This document shows positions 34,236 through 43,634 of a stretch of 64,000 nt of DNA, in pieces (within the stretch, counting starts at the first letter, position 1; each line of letters starts with the position of its first letter). The stretch spans positions 30,786 through 94,785 of the forward strand of contig CAKKRC010000041.1 of the NCBI GenBank assembly GCA_919902495.1, read 5' to 3'. Under the pieces are notes generated by a model. It did no database searches. It saw nothing but the letters and a program-made list of their open reading frames with translations, and was not told where the DNA came from. The DNA comes from Nitrospiria bacterium (GTDB taxonomy: Bacteria > Nitrospirota > UBA9217). Position numbers and translations under genes: made by a program.

Positions 34236-35576
34236 ATGCGCCATAGATTTACCGCTATAACCCTGCTGTCGTGTTCCGTTCTCCTCCTCCCCTTTCTGCA
34301 GTCCCCGGTGTCCGCTGAAACCGCCGCTCAAGCCGCAGAACGGAACATTCCCCGCGAACTGAAGCCACCTGTGCAGGACCTCGCCCAGATCGATGAGAAC
34401 ATCGAAGGACTTTTCGAGGAAAAACCGTATCAGATCCCGATGGTCCTGAACGACAGCGTCGAGAACCATCTTGAATACTTCAAGACCAGGGGCCGTGATG
34501 TATTCCAAAAATGGCTTGACCGGTCCACCCGCTACATCCCCGTGATGCAGGATATCTTCCGCGAAAAGAATTTACCGGAAGACCTGGTGTACGTGGCGAT
34601 GATCGAGAGCGGATTCAATCCCTACGCCATATCCTGGGCCCGCGCGGTCGGTCCCTGGCAGTTCATGCCCCACACCGGGAAGCTCTATGGCCTCAAGATA
34701 GACTGGTGGGTCGATGAGCGCAAGGACCCCATCAAGGCGACCCATGCGGCTGCCGAGCATTTCAAGGACCTCCATAACCTCTTCGGTTCGTGGCCCCTGG
34801 CGCTTGCCTCGTACAATGCGGGCGCCGGGAAGGTCCAGAGGGCGGTTCTCCGGACGCGTTCCGAGGACTTCTGGGACTTGAAGGATTCCCGCTACATCCG
34901 CCGCGAAACAAAGAATTACATTCCGAAGTTCATGGCCGCCACCATCATCGCCAAGAACCCTGACGCCTACGGTTTCATCGTTCAGCCCGCCGGACCTTTT
35001 GTGTACGACGAGGTCGTCATCACCGAGAGCACGGACCTGCGATTGATCGCACGCTGCGCCGGAACCACGTACGAGACCGTCAAAGAGCTTAATCCCGAGC
35101 TGAAACGCTGGGTCACACCGCCCGATACAACGCATTACATTCTCCGCCTGCCCAGCGGAACGAAAACGACCTTTACGGCAAATTACCAGAACCTGCCTTC
35201 GGACCAGAAGATCCGGTGGGAGCGTCACCTGGTCGGCAAGGGAGCCACCCTTGCGGGCATTGCAAAACAGTATAACACCACCCCGGAAACGATCAGCGAC
35301 ATCAACGGCCTGAAAAAGAACCGCGTCACGCCGGGCAAGCACCTGCTCATCCCGGTCGATGGCAACAGCAAGCAGCAGGACCTGAGCTATCTGTCGCCCG
35401 AGCAGTTCGGCAAGAAGCAGCAGATCCTGTACCGGGTGCGTCGGGGAGACAACCTGACCCGGATCGCGCACAAGCACGAGGTCACCGTAGCGGATATCCG
35501 GCAGTGGAACAATGGCATCCGCACGGTCCGCGCGGGCCAGAAGATTAAACTGGTCGTGGATGTCGACCGCATCTGA
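34236..35576 (+). CDS. lytic transglycosylase with LysM domains (MltD-like)
   Basis: RBS AAGGAG lies 5 nt before the ATG at 34236. Signal peptide. SLT motif VAMIESGFNPYAISWARAVGPWQFM. C-terminal LysM repeats. Confidence 0.85.
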   Translation: MRHRFTAITLLSCSVLLLPFLQSPVSAETAAQAAERNIPRELKPPVQDLAQIDENIEGLFEEKPYQIPMVLNDSVENHLEYFKTRGRDVFQKWLDRSTRYIPVMQDIFREKNLPEDLVYVAMIESGFNPYAISWARAVGPWQFMPHTGKLYGLKIDWWVDERKDPIKATHAAAEHFKDLHNLFGSWPLALASYNAGAGKVQRAVLRTRSEDFWDLKDSRYIRRETKNYIPKFMAATIIAKNPDAYGFIVQPAGPFVYDEVVITESTDLRLIARCAGTTYETVKELNPELKRWVTPPDTTHYILRLPSGTKTTFTANYQNLPSDQKIRWERHLVGKGATLAGIAKQYNTTPETISDINGLKKNRVTPGKHLLIPVDGNSKQQDLSYLSPEQFGKKQQILYRVRRGDNLTRIAHKHEVTVADIRQWNNGIRTVRAGQKIKLVVDVDRI

Positions 35577-35601
35577 GCGAGAATACCATAGACAACAAAA
35601 A

Positions 35602-35632
35602 GGGTTAGGAGAACATCTCCTAACCCTTTTTT
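35602..35632. terminator. bidirectional rho-independent terminator
   Basis: AAAAA-GGGTTAGGAG-AACAT-CTCCTAACCC-TTTTTT. Confidence 0.8.
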
Positions 35633-35681
35633 ATTTCATCGTCTGGAAGAACCATGAACCTAGAACTTAAATGAAAGCACA

Positions 35682-35854
35682 TTTCTCGCAAAGACGCAAA
35701 GGCGCAAAGAAAGCAGACCCTTCACAAATAAACCATATTTAGCAATGAAAGAAAATGAAAAGCCGGCACCTGATCGATAGTATTCTCAATACCATCAGCA
35801 ATTAAATCTTCTATCTTTGCCGTTCTTTGCGTGCTTGGCGGCTTTGCGAGAGAC
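35682..35854 (+). repeat. MITE-like hairpin element (CGCAAAG units, TIR TCTCGCAAAG/CTTTGCGAGA)
   Basis: Left arm TTTCTCGCAAAGACGCAAAGGCGCAAAGAAAGC. Right arm ...TCTTTGCGTGCTTGGCGGCTTTGCGAGAGAC. Homologous to 47783-47907, including the loop motif CAATACCA...TTAAA.ATCTTC. Confidence 0.8.
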
Positions 35855-35899
35855 AATATCCGTCGTTGCTCATGTCCTGTCGTAATTCCGCCACTTCGG

Positions 35900-36619
35900 T
35901 TATTTCGGCGCAGCTGCCGGCTGTGCGGGTTTCGGCGCCTGGCCAAGATCCGGCGGCTGGAGCTTCTTCCGCGCCTCCATGGCCCAGGCCGATGACGGCA
36001 GTTTTTCACTGATAACCTTATATCTCTTCTGCGCCTCCTGGATCTTGCCCTCTCGTTCATAAAGCCGGGCAAGTTCCAGCGTTGCCGGTCCCGTCCCCGC
36101 TATGGATTCAGCCTGCCCAAAGGCCTTCACCGCCTGATCCTGCTTGCCCAGTGCGAGGTACGCATACCCCATTCTCTGGTATACCAGTCCGAGCAGGAGC
36201 CTCTCGCCTGAGTATTTATTAATGAACGTTTCATACTCTTTGAGAGCTGCCTCCGGCTGTCCCATCTGCACATAGGTATTGCCTAAGTAGAATTGAGCGA
36301 TCGCGCCGTTCAGCGTCCCGCCATACTGTTTGACGATATCCTGGTAACGCTGGAGCGCTTGCGGATAGTTTGCCGGTGCGCCGCCTCCCGGATTGGAGGC
36401 GTCATAGGCCGCGCTCAGCATCTGACCCGCTTTCTTCTCGTTTGATGAACTGACGAAAGAATAGATCAGCGCGACAGCAAGGACGAGAACGATCGCCACG
36501 ATCGCCATGGTGAACTGCTTCTGGTAGACCTGATAGTACTCGGACGCGTGATGGGCCATGCTCTTGATCTCATCTTCGGGCTGCATCAGGGATTTCGCCT
36601 TCTTTTTTATCTTCGGCAT
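35900..36619 (-). CDS. membrane-anchored TPR repeat protein
   Basis: Start at MPKIKKK (RBS AAGGAGGA). One TM helix, then TPR-like repeats (AQFYLGNTYVQMGQPEAALKEY..., YAYLALGKQDQAVKAF...). Confidence 0.7.
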   Translation of the reverse strand: MPKIKKKAKSLMQPEDEIKSMAHHASEYYQVYQKQFTMAIVAIVLVLAVALIYSFVSSSNEKKAGQMLSAAYDASNPGGGAPANYPQALQRYQDIVKQYGGTLNGAIAQFYLGNTYVQMGQPEAALKEYETFINKYSGERLLLGLVYQRMGYAYLALGKQDQAVKAFGQAESIAGTGPATLELARLYEREGKIQEAQKRYKVISEKLPSSAWAMEARKKLQPPDLGQAPKPAQPAAAPK

Positions 36620-36811
36620 CGATGAACATTCCTCCTTGGCAATTATTGGACAATAGATCATTCAAGAAACGACCTTTGACACGGATCAATGCGGATAAAC
36701 GTCGGATAAGATCGGATTTGTTACAAGGGAATTTATTTCTTTATCCGCATTTATCAGAAGTTGATCCGCTTCTTCAGTGTCTAAAAGCTCTTTCTTGAGA
36801 TTTGTTCGAAT

Positions 36812-37471
36812 TTATTTGAACTTCCTGATCGCCCGGTCGGCAAGTTCCCGCGAGTTCTGAAAGATCTCGTCGATGTGCCTTCGTCCGATGCCGGCTCCGA
36901 GCAGTACCGTCCTGGCAAACTCATCGGTCACCAGGTCGCCGGGTTCATGGGTGTCCGTGTCAATGACCAGTTTCGCGCCGGTCGCCCCCGCCATCTTCGC
37001 CACATGGCCATTCGACAGGCTGTGGCCCTTTCTGGTCGTGATCTCCAGGCAAACACCATTCTTCGCCGCCAGTTCCGCCTCATCCCGCGTAATGAGCCCC
37101 GGATGGGCCAGGATGTCCACCTTTGCCTCGATGGCGGCCCGATTCGTTCCGGGATGGACCGGTTCCACCAGGGTCTCGCCGTGGGCAACAACGATCATGG
37201 CTCCCAGCTTGCGGGCCTTCTTCGTGAGCGCGCCGAAGGTCTCCGGCGGGATGTGGGTAAGCTCGATGCCGGGCAGCGCGTTGATGTTCCAGCGCTTGCC
37301 AAGCTCACGGCAGGCTGTCGTCACCCGGGGTATGATGAAATCAAGGTTAGAAGCGTCGCCATGGTCGGTGATGGCGATGACCTCATAGCCGTTCATCACC
37401 GCCCGGCGAATAAGCTCCGACGGCACCAGTACGCCGTCGCTGAACAATGAGTGCGTATGCAGATCGATCAT
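36812..37471 (-). CDS. PHP-domain metal-dependent phosphoesterase
   Basis: MIDLHTHSLFSDG...AITDHGD...VAHGE... is a PHP His/Asp motif series. Confidence 0.8.
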   Translation of the reverse strand: MIDLHTHSLFSDGVLVPSELIRRAVMNGYEVIAITDHGDASNLDFIIPRVTTACRELGKRWNINALPGIELTHIPPETFGALTKKARKLGAMIVVAHGETLVEPVHPGTNRAAIEAKVDILAHPGLITRDEAELAAKNGVCLEITTRKGHSLSNGHVAKMAGATGAKLVIDTDTHEPGDLVTDEFARTVLLGAGIGRRHIDEIFQNSRELADRAIRKFK

Positions 37472-37486
37472 AACAGCTCCTTAAAC

Positions 37487-37622
37487 TTTTCACCGCGGAG
37501 ATCGCGGAGCACGCAGAGGTTAAATTCTTGCACTGGACCCATAACAGTTGCTTCGTCTTTCTCGGCGCTCTCCGCGTCCTCGCTTAGAAGCTTAGAAGCG
37601 CCTACTTTTGGCTGCGGTAAAC
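37487..37622 (+). repeat. hairpin element with tandem-unit arms (CGCGGAG units) plus conserved core
   Basis: Purine arm CACCGCGGAGATCGCGGAGCACGCAGAGG (37491-37519). Pyrimidine arm ...CGCTCTCCGCGTCCTCGC (to 37583). CTTAGAAG duplicated. Core GCGCCTACTTTTGG at 37598-37611. Closing CTGCGGTAAA. Confidence 0.8.
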
Positions 37623-38567
37623 TTACGTTTTGTGCCTTTTACCTTGGTAACTTCCCACGCTTTCCATGTACGAGTCCAGGTCGTTCAGGAACTCGCTCCG
37701 CGTCCTGTTCCAAATGGGCGCGATAAGGATATCCTCGGGAGCCGCTGCGAACAATCGCTGCAGCACGATGTCCGGCGAAAGCCGCTCCAGGAATTCCGAG
37801 ACCATCGCAATATACTCCTCGTATGTGAATGTCGGGAACGGCTTTGCCGCGTACTGCTCCGCCAAAAGCGTATCCTTGATGACCTGCAGTTGGTGCAGTT
37901 TCAGGAAGCCGATGGGAAGACTTGATAGTTCCTTCGCCATATCAAGCATGTTTTCCCGTGTCTCCGTCGGGAAACCCAGGATCAAGTGCGCGCCCACCTT
38001 GATACCCCGTCCCGCCGTCATCTCCAGGGCGTTTTTAAAGCATGCGTAATCATGTCCCCGATTGATGAACTCCAGGGTGCGGTCATGGATGGACTGCAGT
38101 CCGTACTCGACGAGGATGAAATGGTCCTTCGCGAGATCTGCAAGTAATGCGATCTTCCCTTCATCAACGCAGTCCGGACGGGTACCAATGGCAAGCCCGA
38201 CCACCCCGGGATGGTCCAGGGCCTCGCGGTAGAGCCGTTCCAGCGTCTCGACCGGCGCGTAGGTGTTGGTGAAGGGCTGAAAATAGACGATGAACTTCTC
38301 GGCGCCATACCGTCGTCGAAGGTAGGGTATCCCCTTTTCGATCTGCACACCCACCGAGGCCGCGCTCGTGCATGCGGTCGGCCGAAAACTGTCGTTATTG
38401 CAATAGATGCAGCCGCCCACGGATACCGTTCCGTCGCGGTTCGGGCAGGTGAACCCGGCGTCAACGTTCACCTTATACACCGCCTGACCGTACAGGTCCT
38501 TCATGTGCTGGCCGAAGGCGTTGTAGCGCCTCGTGGTCTGCCTTATTGGTAACAATGCTGTTTTCAT
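37623..38567 (-). CDS. TIGR01212-family radical SAM protein
   Basis: Start taken at MKTALLPIRQ. YKVNVDAGFTCPNRDGTVSVGGCIYCNN is typical of this family. Confidence 0.85.
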   Translation of the reverse strand: MKTALLPIRQTTRRYNAFGQHMKDLYGQAVYKVNVDAGFTCPNRDGTVSVGGCIYCNNDSFRPTACTSAASVGVQIEKGIPYLRRRYGAEKFIVYFQPFTNTYAPVETLERLYREALDHPGVVGLAIGTRPDCVDEGKIALLADLAKDHFILVEYGLQSIHDRTLEFINRGHDYACFKNALEMTAGRGIKVGAHLILGFPTETRENMLDMAKELSSLPIGFLKLHQLQVIKDTLLAEQYAAKPFPTFTYEEYIAMVSEFLERLSPDIVLQRLFAAAPEDILIAPIWNRTRSEFLNDLDSYMESVGSYQGKRHKT

Positions 38568-38850
38568 GGGATCGATGCAGTAATATACCAGAGAGGGAGG
38601 AAAAAATCCATTCAGGAAATAGGACCGGTCTTTCGTTGTCGATCCACTGACGGTCGGTTGTTCTGTCCCTTTGCAGCCGGAGGGCCTATATTCCAGCGCT
38701 CTAATGGGCAGCGCCCGCTGCAAGCGGATCTGCGGATGTGCGGTCTATGGATCATTGATTGCAATATAAATAGATATCACCTGTTCGAAGAATGCGCTAT
38801 GTACCCGCCCTGCCGTGCTACCGTAGTATATTGAGAATTGAACAGTATGA

Positions 38851-39879
38851 CTATTTATTCGATTGCAGCGAGCGTTGATGCCTGTCCACTTCTGTTACTA
38901 TTATGGCTGATATTTCCTTTATCGTATCGGCCAGAACGCCATAATCCGCTCCTTTCGTCATGATGCACAACAAATAGGGCATGTTCGGATAATACACGAT
39001 ACCGCAGTCATGCAATTCCTTGATATTCGGATCGTCGAATGAACGTTCTCCGTACTTCTGCGCAACCGTGATCCCGGGTGGCAAGCCTCCGACCATGCCG
39101 TCCCGGAAGTCAGGCTTGGCCAGGTAGCGCAGCGCCCGCTCCGAATATTCCCTGTTCAGGTACGAGGAATTGAAAAGGACGCGATAACAGGATGAGTACT
39201 CTTTCACGCTCATGTAATCATACACCGAGGCATTCGGATCGAAGACGCCCAGGTCCTGATATACTTTTTCGCGAAACGTTCGATCCAAATGGTTCAGCAG
39301 CAGGAACATGGCGTTATTATCAGAGTATGCGGTCATCATCTCGATCAGTTCATCGACCGTATACCGCTTTCCCGGTTCGATCGCCCGGGATGCCCTGAAG
39401 AACTTCGTTTTGTTGCGGTCCTGGCTCCCGTCATATACGAGCTGCTCCTTCAACACCGCCGGCCGGGATTCGGCCATTTTGTAATAGGCGATCATGAGCG
39501 GTACCTTGAGCAGGCTGGCAGGAGCAAAACGCTCATGATCATTCACACCGAACGATGGTCCGTTGTTGAGATCGCGATAATAGATCGACACCTGCGTTGC
39601 GCGTTTTTTATTCACGACGGCATCGACGTACCCCCTGATCTTGCGCTGGAACGACTTGATCTCCCGATCGCCGATGATCTCCTGGGCGCCGTCACATTGG
39701 AGAAGCGGATTGATGAACGTGTAGCCTCCTTCCCGCTTCTCGACGAGCGGCGGCTGCTTATCCCCCATCCCTGTCCAGACGCGATCAATGACGATGCCGG
39801 TCAGTATGCCTCCGGCAAACAGGGCGATCACGATGAGCCGCCTGACCGCACCGCCTCCGGTCTTGTCTGGTCTATTCAT
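38851..39879 (-). CDS. class A beta-lactamase-related serine hydrolase
   Basis: N-terminal anchor, an SxxK motif (ASLLK) and an SDN motif (YSDNN). Confidence 0.7.
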   Translation of the reverse strand: MNRPDKTGGGAVRRLIVIALFAGGILTGIVIDRVWTGMGDKQPPLVEKREGGYTFINPLLQCDGAQEIIGDREIKSFQRKIRGYVDAVVNKKRATQVSIYYRDLNNGPSFGVNDHERFAPASLLKVPLMIAYYKMAESRPAVLKEQLVYDGSQDRNKTKFFRASRAIEPGKRYTVDELIEMMTAYSDNNAMFLLLNHLDRTFREKVYQDLGVFDPNASVYDYMSVKEYSSCYRVLFNSSYLNREYSERALRYLAKPDFRDGMVGGLPPGITVAQKYGERSFDDPNIKELHDCGIVYYPNMPYLLCIMTKGADYGVLADTIKEISAIIVTEVDRHQRSLQSNK

Positions 39880-40072
39880 ATTGTCGGTCCCTTGTCGTAT
39901 GGAGATAGTTCACTTATCTGACCTGCCACATCCATTGGATCTCCCTGCGGTCCCGCATTGCCGGGACAGGGAATCTTTGTTCCTCATGGTAATGTTATGT
40001 ATTCTGATCGCCCGTTCCTGGGTCCATACTGCCGTTGCTGGTCCTGTTCCTGATCGTAGTCATGGTCCCCGC

Positions 40073-40465
40073 CTATGACCCTGCGGATCTTCTTTTCAAA
40101 TAGGAATCAATATCCTGAATGAATGACCCGGCGAGAACCGCCATCTCGCTTACTTCCCCGGCGGTCACCGGGGTCTTTTCCCCGCTGCATTTCGGCTTGA
40201 TGTCGAATATCCGGCGTGCAGCATCGCCATATTCCTTTTTGAAGATCCCTGTCTGTATGTATCGCTGATCGAAAAGGCCGATGGTGACGCTCTGCATGGT
40301 GGATGGGACCTGCCCCTCGTTCAGCAAGGCAAGTATGGGATAGTAGTATGCGTAGTAGAGGTTCGTCAGAACGAACCCGGCGTCCATTTCTTCGGCAAGC
40401 AGCGCCAATGCCTCATCCAGCGACTCCCGCGCCTGCTTCAGCCTCGCTTTTTCCAAGTCCTTCAT
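40073..40465 (-). CDS. HEPN-like helical protein (degenerate)
   Basis: The four-helix pattern LDEALALLAEE...NLYYAYYYPILALL resembles a HEPN domain, but the R-x4-6-H motif is not evident. Confidence 0.4.
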   Translation of the reverse strand: MKDLEKARLKQARESLDEALALLAEEMDAGFVLTNLYYAYYYPILALLNEGQVPSTMQSVTIGLFDQRYIQTGIFKKEYGDAARRIFDIKPKCSGEKTPVTAGEVSEMAVLAGSFIQDIDSYLKRRSAGS

Positions 40466-40523
40466 TGTCTTTCTGTCTTTTGATATCTATTCCGCACTCC
40501 GCACTTCGCACTCGGCACTCGGC

Positions 40524-40982
40524 TCATTTCGTCCAGCTGGTCGTCCGTCCAAGCAGTGATATTCCGATATACCCCCGCAGGTCCAGCTGCCGAGGAGAAA
40601 CGAGGGTCATCTTGCCCTTGTAGGTCTTTCCGTTCTTCGGGTCATAGACACGCCCATCCTTCCAGAGATCATCTCCAACAAAGGTAAAATCGTACACGAT
40701 CGGGAGACCGATGATGGGGGTTTTCTTGAGCGCAGCGTCCGGATTGTTGTGGTCAAGCTTCGGCGTTCCCGGCGTGCCGTCCTTCGATCCTTCGGGATAA
40801 TCCGGCACTTTCAGCCAGACGATCTTCCCGCAATATCTGTCCGCGCATTTCACTATCTCTATCTTGGCGTCCTTTTCCCCGTTGAACCACTCACCCAGGA
40901 TGTCATCCGCACCTGCGAACGCGGTTGCCGGCATCGACATGACGAGTGACAAGACAAGCAAGACTGAACGCATGATCATCAT
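40524..40982 (-). CDS. DUF2147 domain protein
   Basis: Signal peptide. GEWFNGEKDAKIEIVKCADRYCGKIVW...DHNNPD...GRVYDPKNGKTYKGKMTL...LDLRGYIG matches the DUF2147 pattern. Confidence 0.8.
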   Translation of the reverse strand: MMIMRSVLLVLSLVMSMPATAFAGADDILGEWFNGEKDAKIEIVKCADRYCGKIVWLKVPDYPEGSKDGTPGTPKLDHNNPDAALKKTPIIGLPIVYDFTFVGDDLWKDGRVYDPKNGKTYKGKMTLVSPRQLDLRGYIGISLLGRTTSWTK

Positions 40983-41488
40983 TTCTCCTCGCTTTTCACT
41001 TTCTCCGCCGCTTCGTTCTTCTTTGTTCCCTCCAGATGTTTCGCCATTTCCTTGGCCAGCACATGAGGCGGCATAAAGTCAGGCTCGCTGATCTTCCAGC
41101 CCCGGCCGGTCTTCACCACTTTGAAACGCACAGACTCGGTTTTTTTGCCTGATACGTAATCTCCTGAAACAGCTCCCAGTACCTGATACTCGACAGTGAC
41201 CGCTGATTCAGCGTCGCCCTTCTTCTGGACCTTGCCGATACTGAAGCCGGATATTACGACAGCACGATCAAAGCCCGCCTCTTCTGACCAGGAAATATAA
41301 GGAAGCACCTTGGACCAGGTCGCGCTGGTGAGCCGCGCACCTTTCGCGTCCAGGTCGCAATAGGCTTTGACGGTCTCTTCGGGGGTAGCAAGCGTGTTCT
41401 GCGGCGTAGCGGGGTCTTTGGAGCATCCCGACAGGACCATGACCGCTGCCATGATCAGCACCAGGCAATAGAGTTTATTGTTCTTCAT
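40979..41488 (-). CDS. lipoprotein, unknown function
   Basis: Start at MKNNKLYCLVLIMAAVMVLSGC (lipobox LSGC). Confidence 0.6.
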   Translation of the reverse strand: MKNNKLYCLVLIMAAVMVLSGCSKDPATPQNTLATPEETVKAYCDLDAKGARLTSATWSKVLPYISWSEEAGFDRAVVISGFSIGKVQKKGDAESAVTVEYQVLGAVSGDYVSGKKTESVRFKVVKTGRGWKISEPDFMPPHVLAKEMAKHLEGTKKNEAAEKVKSEEK

Positions 41489-41516
41489 ATGCACCTCGCT
41501 TTTTTCATATTCATGA

Positions 41517-42974
41517 TCAGTCATTAAAGATCCTGCCGCCCTTCACAAACCTCTTCACGTAATATTTTTCCTTCAGGGAGCTTTTGGTCACGCCCTTGCT
41601 GCTGCTGGCATGTGCGAAGGTGCCGCCCCCGAGAAACACTCCCACATGGGATATGCTGCCGTTGATGGAAGTGTCGAAGAAGATCAGGTCCCCGGTCCTC
41701 ACCGAGGAATAGGCGACACTGGAGCTCACCCGCGCCTGCTCCCTGCTGTTCCGGGGGAGTTCGACGTTCTGGCTCCGGTAGACCCTCCGGGTAAAGGCCG
41801 AGCAGTCGATGCCCCGCTCCGAGTCCCCGCCGAACCGGTAAGGCGTGCCGATCAACCTGTTCACCGCGCCATTGAGCTTGTCCGTGTTCAGCCTTCCGCT
41901 TTTGCCTGCCGAGCTCACCAGCCCGTGCTGTTTCGTCAGTGCCCGTTCCTGCTTCGTCCTGCGCTCCTTGTCCCTGGCATCCTGCTGCTGGTCTACGTAC
42001 TTTTTGGTCGCTTCCAGCTCAGCAACGATGTTCCCGCGCTGGCCCTGGTACTTCGTGATCTCGCCCTGGAGGTTCTTGAGCAGCCGCTCCAGGTCGCGGT
42101 TCAGCTTGTCCATGTCCACGTCGGATCCTTTCCCGCCCGGATACTCACGGAGTTCCTTGAGCTCGGACTGGACCTGAACAAAGGCCCGTTCTTTCTGGTC
42201 GATATTGTTGTCAAGCTCGCGTTTTCTCTGTTCAAGGCTTCGCTGTTTGTCCTTCTTGAGCGCGAGATCCTTTTCCACCTGACTCATGGGCTTCCAGTTC
42301 TTCGGCTCCTTCTCGCGCACGAGCTTTATGGAATCCATGACCATCTGTTCAGGCGGCTTGTTCGCGTATTCAGGGTTCTTGGCATCGAGCATGATGATGA
42401 GGGCGACCTTGTCCGGCGAGAGCCCCCGGTCCACGCCATAGATCAAACCACGGGTGTACACCGGCAGTGCTGCCGGGTCCCAGCGGTCCTCGATGGAGTG
42501 ATAGACGAACTCTTCATAAATATCCTGGGGCACATCGGAGCTGTGAAATTCCTTCAGGGCCTTTGCCGCCGCAGCGAGCTGGTCGACGGTGATAGTGTTC
42601 ACATAGGCGACATCGAAGATGTCGTCAAGATAATCCAGGGGCGCGCCTTTCTTGAACGCCCCGTGCACCAATCCGATGATCTCGGCGGTCTTCTCCTCTG
42701 CGATGCTGTCGAAGTCCGTCCGTTTGATCACCCCCTCAATGATCTTGAGCAGGTCTGTAGCAGGTTCCTTCTCCAGCTCCGGCCCAAATTGTGCAGCAAG
42801 GAGCATGGACATCTTGTCCTTGTTGAGATTGATGCATTCCCGTTCCAGTATGTCCCTGAGAATGCCCGATGAGGGTGTGTCGGAGTAGGACGAAGTGAGA
42901 AAGAGCGCGGGGATGAACAAAAGCTCGGCAAGAACGATGATCAGAACGCTACGGGACCTTGAGCAGCAGAGCAT
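41517..42974 (-). CDS. NlpC/P60 family peptidase with N-terminal and coiled-coil domains
   Basis: C-terminal GTPYRFGGDSERGIDCSAFTRRVY...ISHVGVF (Cys/His catalytic pair). A long Lys/Glu-rich coiled coil precedes it. Start taken at MLCCSRSRS. Confidence 0.8.
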   Translation of the reverse strand: MLCCSRSRSVLIIVLAELLFIPALFLTSSYSDTPSSGILRDILERECINLNKDKMSMLLAAQFGPELEKEPATDLLKIIEGVIKRTDFDSIAEEKTAEIIGLVHGAFKKGAPLDYLDDIFDVAYVNTITVDQLAAAAKALKEFHSSDVPQDIYEEFVYHSIEDRWDPAALPVYTRGLIYGVDRGLSPDKVALIIMLDAKNPEYANKPPEQMVMDSIKLVREKEPKNWKPMSQVEKDLALKKDKQRSLEQRKRELDNNIDQKERAFVQVQSELKELREYPGGKGSDVDMDKLNRDLERLLKNLQGEITKYQGQRGNIVAELEATKKYVDQQQDARDKERRTKQERALTKQHGLVSSAGKSGRLNTDKLNGAVNRLIGTPYRFGGDSERGIDCSAFTRRVYRSQNVELPRNSREQARVSSSVAYSSVRTGDLIFFDTSINGSISHVGVFLGGGTFAHASSSKGVTKSSLKEKYYVKRFVKGGRIFND

Positions 42975-43112
42975 GTGCGATTTCCTCCCCGGTATTTCCC
43001 GGCAATTCCCGGGCCGTCTGCCCGTTGATAAATAGTATATACGAGATGGTTCTCCGAGGCAAAACAAAAGAAAACGGCGATACGCGTGGAAGAATGGATC
43101 GAGGGCGGACCA

Positions 43113-43628
43113 TCAGAACTTGCCGTCAATGGCCTTCAAAATGCCCTGGAGCAGTGTCGTAGGTGTCGGGGGACATCCGGGTATGACCGCATCCACGGGG
43201 ATCACCTTGCCTACTCCGCCCAGCGACGCGTAGCTCTCTCCGAACACGCCTCCATTGCAGCCGCAGTCACCCACGGCTACAACGATCTTGGGAGGCGGTG
43301 TCGCGGCGTAGGTCCGCTTGAGGGCGATCTCCATGTTATGGGAGACCGGTCCCGTCACCAGCAGCAGGTCCGCAAAACGGGGCGAAGCGGTGAAATGGAT
43401 GCCGAACCGCTCACAGTTGTAGAACGCGTTATTGATGGCGTGGATCTCAAGCTCGCAGCCGTTGCACGACCCTGCATCGACCTGCCGGATGGCGAGGCTC
43501 CGCTGGAACCGGCTCCGTATCGCCTCCTCCAGTTGCACGCCTATCTTCCCGATCTCGGGATCGGTGATCGGCGGCAGCGGCTCGGTGACGATGCCGGTGC
43601 GAAAAATGTGTTTCAAAATGCGGATCAT
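43113..43628 (-). CDS. NuoB/HycG-like small subunit of hydrogenase-related complex (EhrS-like)
   Basis: DAGSCNGCELE, VGDCGCNGG and IPGCPPTP retain the four Cys of the proximal [4Fe-4S] cluster. Confidence 0.85.
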   Translation of the reverse strand: MIRILKHIFRTGIVTEPLPPITDPEIGKIGVQLEEAIRSRFQRSLAIRQVDAGSCNGCELEIHAINNAFYNCERFGIHFTASPRFADLLLVTGPVSHNMEIALKRTYAATPPPKIVVAVGDCGCNGGVFGESYASLGGVGKVIPVDAVIPGCPPTPTTLLQGILKAIDGKF

Positions 43629-43634
43629 AAAACT

